Shown here: positions 1-12,591 of the stretch, in pieces
How the letters are laid out: each line of letters starts with the position of its first letter
Numbering within the stretch: the first letter of the stretch is position 1
Source: Eledone cirrhosa
Lineage: Eukaryota
NCBI GenBank assembly: GCA_964016885.1
Contig: OZ024763.1
Coordinates: 1,984,001 to 2,048,000 of the forward strand
Reading direction: 5' to 3'
Length of the DNA stretch: 64,000 nucleotides
Position numbers and translations under genes: made by a program
The notes under the pieces: model-generated
What the model was told of the DNA's origin: nothing
The model's database searches: none
What the model saw: only the letters and a program-made list of their open reading frames with translations

Positions 1-110
1 ACAAGGTTGATAAAATAAAGTACCAGTAATGCATTGGGGTCGATTTAATCAACTTTCTCCTCTCCCCGAATTGCTGGCCTTGTGCCTATACTAGAAACAA
101 TTCTTATTAT
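1..110 (+). mobile_element. 3' part of tRNA-derived SINE family B (Meta-domain-like centre)
   Basis: ggttgataaaataaagtaccagt...aattgctggccttgtgcct..tagaaacaatt recurs about 12 times in the window. Confidence 0.75.
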
Positions 111-111
111 T

Positions 112-347
112 AGTAGTAGCAGTGGTGGTGGTAGTAGAAGTAGTAAGGGTAGTAGTAGTAGTAGTAGGAGCAGCAGTAGTAGTAGTAGCAGCAGCAGTAG
201 CAACAGTAGTAGTAGTAGTAACAGCAGTAACAGTAGCAGTAGTAACAGTAGTAGTAGTAGTAGCAGCAGTAACAGTAGTAGTAGTAGCAGCAGCAGTAGT
301 AGTAGTAGTAGTAGCAGCTATAATCCATCCCCTGCAGCCAAGACCAC

Positions 348-379
<32 letters not shown>

Positions 380-1533
380 CAGTAGTAGTAGTAACAGTAG
401 TAGTAGTAGTAGTAGTAGCAGTAGTAGTAGTAGTAGTAGTAGTAGCAGTTATAATCCATCCCCTGCAGCCAAGACCACAGTAGTAGTAGTAGTAGTAGTA
501 GTAGCAGTAGTAGTAGTAGCAGTAGTAGTAGCAGTAGTAGTAGTAGCAGTAGTAGTAGCAGTAGTAACAGTAGTAGTAGCAGTAGCAGCAGCAGTAGTAG
601 TAGTAGCATAGTAACAGTAGTAGTAGCAGTAGTAGTAGCAGTAGTAGTAGTAGCAGCAGTAGCAGTAGTAGTAGCAGCAGCAGTAGTAGTAGTAACAGTA
701 GTAGCAGCAGCAGCAGCAGTAGTAGTAGCAGTAGTAGTAGTAACAGTAGTAGCAGCAGCAGCAACAGCAGTAGTAGTAGTAGTAGTAGTAACAGTAGTAG
801 TAGCAGCAGCAGTAGTAGCAGTAGTAGTAGTAGCAGTAGTAGTAGTAGCAGCAGTAGCAGTAGTAGTAGTAGCAGCAGTAGTAGTAGCAGCAACAGCAGC
901 AGTAGTAGTAACAGTAGTAGTAGCAGCAGTAGTAGTAGTAGCAGTAGCAGTAGTAGCAGCAGCAGCAGTAGTAGTAGTAGCAGCAGCAGCAGCAGTAGTA
1001 GTAGCAGTAGTAGCAGCAGCAGCAGCAGCAGTAGTAGCAGTAGTAGTAGTAGTAGCAGTAGTAGCAGCAGCAGCAGTAGTAGTAGTAGTAGTAGCAGCAG
1101 CAGTAGTAGTAGCAGTAGTAGCAGCAGCAGCAGCAGTAGTAGTAACAGTAGTAGCAGCAGCAGCAGTAGTAGTAGCAGCAGCAGTAGTAGCAGTAATAAC
1201 AGTAGTAGCAGTAGTAGTAGTAGTAGCAGCAGCAGTAGTAGCAGCAGCAGCAGCAGCAGTAGTAGTAGCAGCAGCAGCAGTAGTAGCAGTAGTAGTAGCA
1301 GTAGTAGCAGCAGCAGCAGTAGTAGTAACAGTAGTAGCAGCAGCAGCAGCAGTAGTAGCAGCAGCAGTAGTAGTAGCAGCAGCAGTAGTAGTAGCAGTAG
1401 TAGCAGCAGCAGCAGTAGTAGCAGCAGCAGCAGTAGTAGCAGCAGCAGTAGTAGTAGCAGTAGTAACAGTAGCAGCAGCAGCAGTAGTAACAGTAGTAGC
1501 AGCAGCAGCAGTAGTAGCAGCAGCAGTAGTAGC

Positions 1534-1565
<32 letters not shown>

Positions 1566-1650
1566 TAGTAGCAGCAGCAGTAGTAGTAGCAGTAGTAACA
1601 GTAGCAGCAGCAGCAGTAGTAGCAGTAGTAGTAGTAGTAGTAGCAGTAGT
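112..1650. repeat. (AGT/AGC)n trinucleotide microsatellite
   Basis: About 1.5 kb of agt/agc/aac triplets with two copies of the insert ataatccatcccctgcagccaagaccac. Confidence 0.95.
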
Positions 1651-1959
1651 GCTGTGATTATCAGTTGAGAGACACTTGACTCTCAGGAGAAGAATTCTAA
1701 ATCCCAGGAGAGAAATTTATGGCAAAGAAGGAATTGGAATGGAATCCAAACTCGGGAAGAAGAACGGTGTACATTGTGTATCGAACAATAATAACCACCA
1801 TGCATTAACTGTTTTATTCTTCTATGTGTTTCAAACTGACTGGTGGAGGCCATCCTGGGGCACTGCCATTCATAAAACAGAACCCCCCCCCCCCACCAAG
1901 AAAAAACTGCTGCATCAGACTTCATCTCATTTGGGACAAGTTTATTGACGTTTGAAAAG

Positions 1960-1983
1960 TCTCTATCTCTCTCTCTATCTCTA

Positions 1984-2014
<31 letters not shown>

Positions 2015-2028
2015 ACCTCTCTATCTAC

Positions 2029-2071
<43 letters not shown>

Positions 2072-2157
2072 TATCTCTATATCTCTCTCTCCCTCTCTAT
2101 CTCTCTTTCTCTCTATCTCTTTCTCTATCTTTCTCTCTGTCTGTCTCTCTCTTTCTT

Positions 2158-2198
<41 letters not shown>

Positions 2199-2230
2199 TT
2201 CTCTGTCTCTCTCTTTCTTTCTCTCTTTCT
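1960..2230. repeat. (CT)n microsatellite
   Basis: Read directly. Confidence 0.95.
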
Positions 2231-2439
2231 TTCTTCTCATCCTCCTTCTTATTCTTCTTTTTCTTCTCATCCTTCTCATCCTCCGCCCCCTTATTCCTGG
2301 AGGGAAGAGGTTGTCCTTGGGGTAGACTCCACAAACACGACTTCCAGTAGTTCCTGTCAGAAGCAGCTGCCAACAGTTGATCTGGCTGGATCCCCAAATG
2401 AGACCAGCCAACCTCGTGGATGTGTATGGAGGGGGAGAC

Positions 2440-3125
2440 ATCAGGTGGAGTGTTGGCGAATCTCAGGAAGCATGGAGGTTTTAAAGGATGCAGTGTCTCG
2501 ACAGCTAACAACTGATGCAGGTAGTTTGTTCCATGGAGGTTTTAAAGGATGCAGTGTCTCGACAGCTAACAACTGATGCAGGTAGTTTGTTCCATGGAGG
2601 TTTTAAAGGATGCAGTGTCTCAACAGCTAACAACTGATGCAGGTAGTTTGTTCCATGGAGGTTTTAAAGGATGCAGTGTCTCGACAGCTAACAACTGATG
2701 CAGGTAGTTTGTTCCATGGAGGTTTTAAAGGATGCAGTGTCTTGACAGCTAACAACTGATGCAGGGAGTTTGTTCCATGGAGGCCTTAAAGGATGCAGTG
2801 TCTCGACAGCTAACAACTGATGCAGGTAGTTTGTTCCATGGAGGTTTTAAAGGATGCAGTGTCTCGACAGCTAACAACTGATGCAGGTAGTTTGTTCCAG
2901 GGATGTTTTAAAGGATGCAGTGTCTCGACAGCTAACAACTGATGCAGGTAGTTTGTTCCATGGAGGTTTTAAAGGATGCAGTGTCTCGACAGCTAACAAC
3001 TGATGCAGGTAGTTTGTTCCATGGAGGTTTTAAAGGATGCAGTGTCTCGACAGCTAACAGCTGATGCAGGTAGTTTGTTCCATGCTTCAACAACCCTGAG
3101 CATGAAAAAATGTTTCAGAAAGTCT
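2440..3125 (-). mobile_element. 3' end fragment of a CR1/Jockey-type LINE ORF2 containing an internal tandem amplification
   Basis: With the array collapsed to one unit, the minus strand reads DFLKHFFMLRVVEAWNKLPASVVSCRDTASFKTSMLPEIRQHST*, matching the F.RV...WN.LP..VV....SFK C-terminal motif of these LINEs. Confidence 0.65.
2471..3084. repeat. 61-bp minisatellite, about 10 copies
   Basis: catggaggttttaaagg starts at 2471, 2532, 2593 and so on. Confidence 0.95.
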
Positions 3126-3481
3126 CAAACCCTTTAATTATTCTGTCAGTCTACTTTTACAGACTGGTCCTTTATTTATTGACTCTTGGACGATGGGGAA
3201 ACAAAATTGACTTTAGCAGGATTTAAACCCAGAATGAGAAGTAACCATAATAGATACTGCAAAACATTTATCTAAAAAGGGCAATTAATTGTACCAGTTT
3301 CAGCCAAAGGTTGTTTGACTTCTTCATGCCACAGGAAATATGATTAAAAGTGTATAATAAAAATAATGTGTATATTAATAAGAAGAGGATATAAGAGAAC
3401 ATAGTTTACATACATATATCAGAGATCACATTTTCGTTTATTTCTCTCTCTCCTCCAAAAGAAGTTGGTTTGTTCCTTGTT

Positions 3482-3558
<77 letters not shown>

Positions 3559-3579
3559 CGGCGATGAATTAGAACTATA

Positions 3580-3968
3580 CGAACTGGAGCAATGTGAAAT
3601 AAAGTGTCTTGCTCAAGGAAACAACACATCACCCGTTCTGAGAATTGAACTCACAACCTTTCGATTGCAAGGCCAATGCTCTAACCACTAATTCTCAGAC
3701 CGGGTGATGTGTTGTTTCCTTGAGCAAGACACTTTATTTCACATTGCTCCAGTTTACTCAGCTGTAGAAATGAGATGATAGGGACTGGGGTCCATATCAT
3801 TCCACTGCAAAGTGGTCGCGGAGGTGCCACGGCAAAAAAGCACCCAGCACTCACTGTAAATGAGGTTGGTGTTAGGAAGGGCATCCAGCTGTAGAAATCA
3901 AGCCAGAATCAGTTGCTGTCCCACCCTTGCAAGCAGGGAAAAGCAGACGTAAAATGAAATGAAAATGA

Positions 3969-3971
<3 letters not shown>
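3580..3971. mobile_element. SINE family A with inverted 5' part (3580-3690 minus, 3690-3971 plus)
   Basis: Reverse-complement tRNA head abuts a forward body and RTE-like tail ending in gatgat. Confidence 0.8.
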
Positions 3972-4018
<47 letters not shown>

Positions 4019-4131
4019 ATATATACATAATATTATATACATACATTTTATATTATATATATATCATATTATATATCTATATATATATATCATCATCATC
4101 ATCACCGTTTTATGTCCATTCTTCCACGCTA

Positions 4132-4166
<35 letters not shown>

Positions 4167-4335
4167 GTCTGCCTCTCTGTTTTGTTCCCGTATAAATTTG
4201 CACTATATATACACACATATATACATATATATATTTTATATATATATAAACAACAACTTGCAAGCAGGGAAAGTGAACATTAAAACAACAATGAATGGTC
4301 ATGATATATTTTTTATATATAAACATATATATATA

Positions 4336-4391
<56 letters not shown>

Positions 4392-4579
4392 CATATTCAT
4401 ATATGCGTATATTTTGTGTTTCTTTTTGACCTTTTATTTATTTTATTTGTGTTTTTGTCTGTCTGGTCTCAAAGATAATTTACTGGAATTTCTGTATGTC
4501 TGTTAAGAATGTATATTGACAATTTCCTGATGATGTCATCAGGTTGTTTAGAAAGAAACCCTTCTACTGCCTTGCTTCT

Positions 4580-5070
4580 ACACCACACCACACCACACCA
4601 CACCGATCCACACTACACCACACCACATCGATCCACACTACACCACACCACATCACACCACATCATACCACACTTCTCTACACCACACAGCACTACACCG
4701 CTCTGCTCCACACCACACCACATCATACCACACTTTTCTACACCACACAGCACTACACCGCTCTGCTCCACACCACACCACACCACATCATACCACACTT
4801 CTCTACACCACACAGCACTACACCGCTCTGCTCCACACCACACCACACCACATCATACCACACTTCTCTACACCACACAGCACTACACCGCTCTGCTCCA
4901 CACCACACCACACCACATCATACCACACTTCTCTACACCACACAGCACTACACCGCTCTGCTCCACACCACACCACATCATACCACACAGCACTACACCG
5001 CTCTGCACCACACCACACCACACCACACCGCACCACACCACACCACACCACACCACACCACACCGCACCG
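4580..5070. repeat. (CACCA)n-based compound minisatellite
   Basis: Repeated cacttctctacaccacacagcactacaccgctctgctcca separated by cacca runs. Confidence 0.9.
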
Positions 5071-5249
5071 CTCAGCTTCACACCATTCCATCCATCTATC
5101 CTCCAACATAAACTTGCATTCACAGATCACAATTGATTAGAAAGCTCCATGAATAAGCAAAGCTATGCAAGGAAAGGAAAGGAAAGGAAAGGAAAGCAGA
5201 GAGAGAGAGAAGGAGGGGGAGGGGGATGATGTGGGTAGGAGGGAAAGAA

Positions 5250-5251
5250 GG

Positions 5252-5283
<32 letters not shown>

Positions 5284-5759
5284 ATATATATGTAGGTATG
5301 TATGTGTATATATATGTGTGTATATATGTGTGTGTGTGTATGTATATATATGTATATAATATATATATATATGTGTGTGTGTGTATATATGTATGTATAT
5401 ATAAAGATATATATGTATGTATATATAAAGATATATATGTATGTATATATAAATATATATATGCGTATGTATGTATATATATATATGTGTATGTATATAT
5501 ATATATGTGTATATGTGCATATATATATATTTATATGTATGTATATATATATATGTGTATATGTGCATATATATATATATTTATATGTATGTATATATAT
5601 ATATATGTGTGTATATGTGCATATATATATATATATATTTATATGTATGTATATATGTGTGTGTGTATGTATATATATATGTATATATATATATGTATGT
5701 ATGTATATATATATGTATATGTATGTATATATATATATGTATGTATGTATATATATATG

Positions 5760-5792
<33 letters not shown>

Positions 5793-5886
5793 GTATATGT
5801 ATGTGTTTATATATGTATGTATATATATGTATATGTATGTGTTTATATATGTATGTATATATATGTATATGTATGTATGTATATAT

Positions 5887-5920
<34 letters not shown>

Positions 5921-6040
5921 GTATGTATGTATATATATATATGTTTGTATATATATGTATGTATGTATATATATGTGTATGTATATATATATATGTATGT
6001 ATGTAGATACAGTATATATATATATATATATGTGTGTGTA
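5250..6040. repeat. (TA)/(TG)/(TATG) microsatellite
   Basis: Read directly. Confidence 0.95.
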
Positions 6041-8199
6041 TGTGGAATGAGGTGGGTAGGAAGAGAAAGAATGATATATATAAATATATGGCTGTATAAA
6101 GTCTGACCCAGCTGTGGAATGCTGTCCCTGCCTGGCTCACTCTATGGATAATCACCCCAATTGCTCTCTTTATTCATTTACATTCACTGATTAACAAGTT
6201 TTTAGACTTGAGATTGCTTCCTTACTTTTACTTTCACTTTGAAACAACTTCTCTCTCAAATTTATTTTCATTCGTTATTCATTTTCCTCATTTTTATCAT
6301 TTTTTCTTTGGTGTCTTACTATCTTCTGCAGATTTTTTTCTTGTTCTTGCAAAACTTGACAATATTTATTAATGATTCTGTTACCATATTTTTAATGAAA
6401 GATACTGCAGTATTTTCAAATATTTTTGAAAATAATCAAATATTTTGAGGGATTTATTACCATAACGAATTTTATCGTTATTAAGCTAATGTTTAAAACA
6501 TAACTTAACTCTTTCATTATCATATTCCTAATGAAAAACAGAGTCTATGATTTTATTTTCAAATAGTTTTGAAAATAATCAATACAGTAAAACCGCAGTT
6601 CTCGAACTTAATTCTTTCCTGAAGGCTGTTTGTCACCTGGAATGTTTGTCAACCGAAACTATTTTTCTCATACGAAATGTTGAGATTTAGTAAACTTTTT
6701 CCCCTCCCCTGAAATTGCTGGCCTTGTGCCTAAATCAGAAACTATTATTATTATTATCGGGACACTAGGCACGGTCACCTAAACACCTTATGTCTTTCAT
6801 CAAAAGCCATGGCATCCCCGACCTTAAAGGCAGTGCCCAAATTTTTACCGTGAGTAACACTACTAGAATCTGATGCGATATATTGAACCTTTAAGATCAG
6901 GGACTGATCAAATGCCAATTAATACACTTCACCTAGCAACCAATTGCTAGAGAACCCTTACAAAAAAAGGGGGGGGGGGGGCTGTTTTTTATTTTAATTT
7001 TTTTTTATTTGCCTGTGGCTTATTCTTTAGAATATTCTTTCCCAACCAAATTCTGGAACATTCCCCCCAGTCTCTTTGCCAACCCACTTCTCCTGCTCTT
7101 GTTGCTGATGTCACAAGTTGTAATGGTTTTTGTCTTGCTTTTTGTGTTGCTTTTGTGTTGTTTTTGTGGTGCTTTGGGGGTGTTTTTGTCTTGTTTTTTT
7201 AAAGTGTTGAAAGAAATTGTTGGAAATTTTTCAAGTTGATTTTTTTTTTCTTATTTAAAAAAAAAAAAATAGAAAAGAAGAAAAAATGTCACAGTTGTTT
7301 TTATTAATTCTTAAATTTGTTATTTCTTTCTCTTCCATATCTTGAAATAAACTTTTAAAAAAATTTATATATATCTAAAAATTAAAATTTGAAAAATATA
7401 TATATTATATATATATATATATATTTTTTTTCTATTAATTTTCTTTCACAATTATCTCTTCAGGATGACTGTCTCATTTCACCCCACCTCATATTACCTC
7501 CACCCCACCTCATACTACCTCCACCAGCCTCCTACTATTATGTGACTGTCTCATTACCATGCCACCCTCCCACCACCACCACCACCTATTATATGATTGT
7601 TTCATTGCCCTTCCTCCACCCCCCATCACCACCCATCACCACCACCATATGACTCTGCCATTGTAACCCCTTCTCCCCCTCCCTCCCACCCCCATCCCCC
7701 ACTCTCTCTCACTCGCTGGTCCCCCCTCACCCTCTTTGTCTATCTCTCTCTTTCACTCTTTGTTCCCCCCTCTTCTCTCTCTATGACTTCTTCATTACCT
7801 TCCATCCCCACCACCACCACTTTGACTTTTGCATTGTCCCCCCCCCCCACCATTATATGACTTTGTTATTGCCTCCCCCTACAACCACCACCACAACTGC
7901 CACCACCACCACTGTGACTTTGCCTCCTACCACCACCACCACTACCACCACTGCCACCACTACTGCGACTTTGTCTCCTACTACAACCACAGCCACCACT
8001 TTGTGACTTTGTTATTGCCTCCTACCACCACTGTGACTTTGCCTCCTACCACCACCACAGCCATCCCCACCACAACTGTGACTTTGTCATTGTCCTCACA
8101 CCACCACCACCGTTTTCCATTAACTTTTGTTTTTCTCCTCTTCCTCCTCCTTTCTATATTTTGATCATTATTTTTTGCCCCCCCCCCCTCCTCCGGTTT

Positions 8200-8880
8200 T
8201 ACCAGCCACCACCACCACCATCACGACTACTCCAACCAGCCAGCACCACCACCACCACTTCAATAACAACCACACACACCACCACCACCACCACTACAAC
8301 CAGCACCGGCACCACCACCACTTCAAACAGAACCACAACCATGACCACAATCACCACCACTACCAATGCAACCACCAACACCACTACAATCATCATCACC
8401 ACCACTACCACTGCAACCACCAACACCACTACAATCATCACCACCACTACCACTGCAACCACCAACACCACTACAATCATCACCACCACTACCACTGCAA
8501 CCACCAACACCACTACAATCATCACCACCACTACCACTGCAACCACCAACACCACTACAATCATCATCACCACCACTACCACTACAACCACCAACACCAC
8601 TACAATCATCACCACCACTACCACTACAACCACCAACACCACTACAATCATCACCACCACTACCACTACAACCACCTCCGCCACTAACACCACCAACACC
8701 AACACCACCTACAACCACCACCAACACCAACACCACTACAACCACTACCACTACAACCACCACCACCACTACCATTACAACCACCACCAACACCACTACA
8801 ACCACCACCACCACTAACACCACTCAACCACCACCAACACCACCTATCCCATACTGCACACAACAACAACAACAACAACA
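8200..8880. repeat. (ACC/AAC)n-rich tandem repeat
   Basis: Unit of about 42 bp, caccactaccactgcaaccaccaacaccactacaatcatcac. Confidence 0.9.
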
Positions 8881-9456
8881 CTGATTATGACAGCTCAGCT
8901 ATTCCCCCCCCCCCCACACACACACCCCACCTCACTTCCCCCTACCCTATAGATTATTCCAGAACATTCCAACAACCCCTCCATTCATTATCAACATTAT
9001 TCCACTGTGATTAAGAATCCTTGTACATTTGTTTAGTTTAGCCCCTCCCCCCCTCCCAACAGAGCCTCACAGGGTGCAATGGGTACAGGCCTGGGTGTGG
9101 CGGTGGGGGGGATTTAAAGGAGTTTGCCCCCCCCCCCCCCCACACACACACACTTCACCTCATGGTTCCTGGTTCAATCACACAGCATGCTATATTGGAC
9201 AAGTGCCATCTTCTACATATTCTACCCATAATCTACAGTTGACTAATAAAGCAGGAATTTGGGACATGGAAATTGTCTTGAAGTCCCCCCCACCCATTAT
9301 CTTGTGTGTCTGTGTGTGTGTGTATGTCTATGTGTGTGTGTGTGTGTGTAAATATATGTTAGAGCAAATGAGTACCATGTGGGGGTGCATGTATATTTAT
9401 AAATATATATAAACATTTTTAAGCTTGTTGAATCCCAACAAATTAAATATGACCTC

Positions 9457-9526
<70 letters not shown>

Positions 9527-9598
9527 ACTTTTTTAAATGGAAGTTGATCAATATTTTATGGTACGTCAAATTTATTTATAAAACTGCTTATATATTGT

Positions 9599-9662
9599 AT
9601 TTTATCTGAAGAAGGCATGCCATATTTTTAATATGGTATCCCTGAAATATGTATAATGAAAT
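9599..9662 (+). ncRNA. Type I hammerhead ribozyme motif (family H1) in a TA-flanked element, 9527-9795
   Basis: attttat CTGAAGA [agg..atgccatatt ttt aatatggtat..cct] GAAA tatgt ATA^ atgaaat. Confidence 0.7.
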
Positions 9663-10149
9663 AAATATGGTTTTATAAATATAGTTTCCATTTGTTTAAT
9701 ATCGTATATCTACTCCAAAACTTGTTGAGTGCTTTATATCAGTTATAAAATATTTACTCGTTGTAACCCAACAATTTTAAATAAAACTTTTGCATATATA
9801 TATATATATATATTAGTGGGTTCTCTTCTTGCTCACATCTCACTCACGTCGGACGGTCTGAATCTTGATCGCTCATGAAATCCACCCAGCTTATGCTGAC
9901 CGGATAACCATGTTGCATGTTTATTCCTATCTTTGCGTTGCTTTCATCCTTCTATGTTGTTTACTTGTCTCACTCGCTTTACGCGATTTACTTGTGCCAA
10001 TAGCTTTATTTAGCTATTGCTCACACCAACCTGAGGTATATGATTTTTAATGCGATGAAATACCAATGATGGTTGGCAAATCACTGACGAAGGACTATTT
10101 TTATCATATGTAACCCATGTGCAACCACGCAGTATTCTTCTTTCTTCTC

Positions 10150-10190
<41 letters not shown>

Positions 10191-10191
<1 letters not shown>

Positions 10192-10246
10192 TGGCTTTCC
10201 TGATGGTTTCCTTCAAATGAAACAGTTCTAGTCCTGTAGAAGCCAT
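10191..10246 (+). ncRNA. Hammerhead-like motif with variant core
   Basis: atggctttc CTGATGG [short stem II] GAA ACAG ttctagtc CTGT A^ gaagccat; core A9 to G. Confidence 0.5.
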
Positions 10247-10677
10247 TTCTATATTAAATATTTAGACTCTGCTATGTATTGAGTACTTTACTTACTGTGG
10301 TTACCCCTGATTGAACCCGGGATATATACAAACACACACATACATACACACACACACACACATACATATATATATATGTGTGAAAAATTTTGGACCCCAA
10401 TGGCTGAGCTCTTGCCATTTCAACAGCTGGATCCTAACTCAGTTTGGAGCTCAGCTGTCAGAGTCCCAAATTGTTCATATTACCCACTCTACTACCCCAA
10501 GTATTGAATACTCTGGTGAGTAATGGTCTAACTGCTTTTTACTGATTCCGCCAGCACCAACAGTTTTTCAGTTTTGCAAGAGATGTCAACATGAATGGAC
10601 CTATTATTTTTATCTAAAGACATTTTTTCCAATTCCATCCCGCCCGTCCCCTTAATCTATTTTATTTCTCATTCTTT

Positions 10678-10711
10678 CTTCTGATGAAGGGCTACCATCG
10701 AAATGTTAAGA
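10678..10711 (+). ncRNA. Degenerate minimal hammerhead motif
   Basis: CTGATGA agggctaccatc GAAA tgTTA^ aga; weak helices. Confidence 0.4.
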
Positions 10712-11042
10712 CCCTCTTCCTGCTATATCAAGCGTTAACCTAATAGATACCTTCCATATACTGTACCGATTGTGTTGTTATTTCTGTTTACCTTTTACAT
10801 ATATATATATATAGTATTAATTACACACATATAACATTTGCACTATATAACCGCTTATTTTCATGTTGTATTTTAACCTGTATTTTTGATTTTTGATTGT
10901 ACCTTTTAATATGAATGTAATCTCTAAGTGTGTGCTGCCACTCTAAATGCTGTAATGAATGTTGACCCACAATGTTTGCATATGTATCTGTATGTCTCTT
11001 GGGTGAAAAGGAGGTCATATAACTGTCCATTCATTAATAAAT

Positions 11043-11089
11043 TGCTCCGAAGAATCAAAACCTCGGTTTGGAGGAAACAGTTGTAAGCA
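11043..11089 (+). ncRNA. Hammerhead-like motif with variant core
   Basis: tgct CCGAAGA [tcaaaacc tc ggtttgga] GAA ACA gt TGT A^ agca; core U4 to C. Confidence 0.55.
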
Positions 11090-11120
11090 CAAAAATGTTT
11101 TGAACAGTTCTTTGATTCTT

Positions 11121-11203
<83 letters not shown>

Positions 11204-11449
11204 CACACTTCAACAACATTCTCATAAATATTACCTGTACAGGTAATCAAAGTGTGTATATCACCATCTTATTTCCTGATATGTTCTCCTGTGTTAAGCT
11301 AGGAAACATTTATCTTGATTTTATATCAGACGTCAAAATACATAAGTGAAAAGAAGAACAATAACAATAATATTAACATATATCTTGTATGTCTGTTCGT
11401 TTGTTTCAGTATTATTTATATTTATGTGTGTATTTTTGGATATAGATAT

Positions 11450-11480
11450 GTATATATATATACATATGCATGCATGCATG

Positions 11481-11525
<45 letters not shown>

Positions 11526-11534
11526 ATATATATC

Positions 11535-11565
<31 letters not shown>

Positions 11566-11610
11566 GTGTGTGTGTATATATATATATATGTGTGTGTGTG
11601 TATATATATA

Positions 11611-11655
<45 letters not shown>

Positions 11656-11690
11656 ATATATATATGTGTGTGTGTGTATATATATGTGTG

Positions 11691-11723
<33 letters not shown>

Positions 11724-11726
11724 ATA

Positions 11727-11771
<45 letters not shown>

Positions 11772-11992
11772 ATATATATATATGTGTGTGTGTATATATA
11801 TATATGTGTGTGTGTGTATATATATATATGTGTGTGTGTGTATATATATATATGTGTGTGTGTGTATATATATATGTGTGTGTGTATATACATATATGTG
11901 TGTGTGTGTGTGTATATACATATATGTGTGTGTGTGTGTGTATATATATATATGTGTGTGTGTATATACATATATGTGTGTGTGTGTGTGTG

Positions 11993-12046
<54 letters not shown>

Positions 12047-12110
12047 TACGTATATTTATGTGTGCGTGTGTGTGTGTCTATATGTGTATATATATGTATG
12101 TGTATATATT
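11450..12110. repeat. (TA)n(TG)n compound microsatellite
   Basis: Read directly. Confidence 0.95.
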
Positions 12111-12591
12111 TTTGAACACTTTTATTCGTGCACGGAAAAGACATTTCCTTTCTGAATATTTCAACCTCTGTCTGGATGGGTGACGGAAAATGACTTTTAA
12201 GGGAAATACTAGAACATCTTCTAAAACAGGCAATTCTTCTTTTGTCCTCCATTAAGTTCGGTCCTGTATGGGAGGGGTGAGTTTGTTTAACAACCACGTG
12301 GTCCTGTATTCAGATTCGAGAGCAGCACTTAACTTACTGGATTGTTTCGTACATCGATGTATATATAAATGTAATTGCTTCCATATTCTCAGACATGCTG
12401 TTACATTCACACAGTCACCTACACAGACAACTGCACATACTCACACACACTTACACACACGTACACATGCACACACACACACATATATATATATATATCC
12501 ATATATATATATACGTAAATATATAAATATATGTATATATATGGCATAGAAGTTTATAAACTTACACACTCGTACGTACATATATATATAT

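Noticed and set aside
1676-1948. 90-aa ORF in unique sequence
   Set aside because: No ATG at the annotated start, no convincing splice sites and no recognisable motif.
10049-10155. Dispersed repeat (also 41958-42062) containing CTGAYGA
   Set aside because: No downstream GAAA, helix III or NUH could be found, so it is not counted as a hammerhead.
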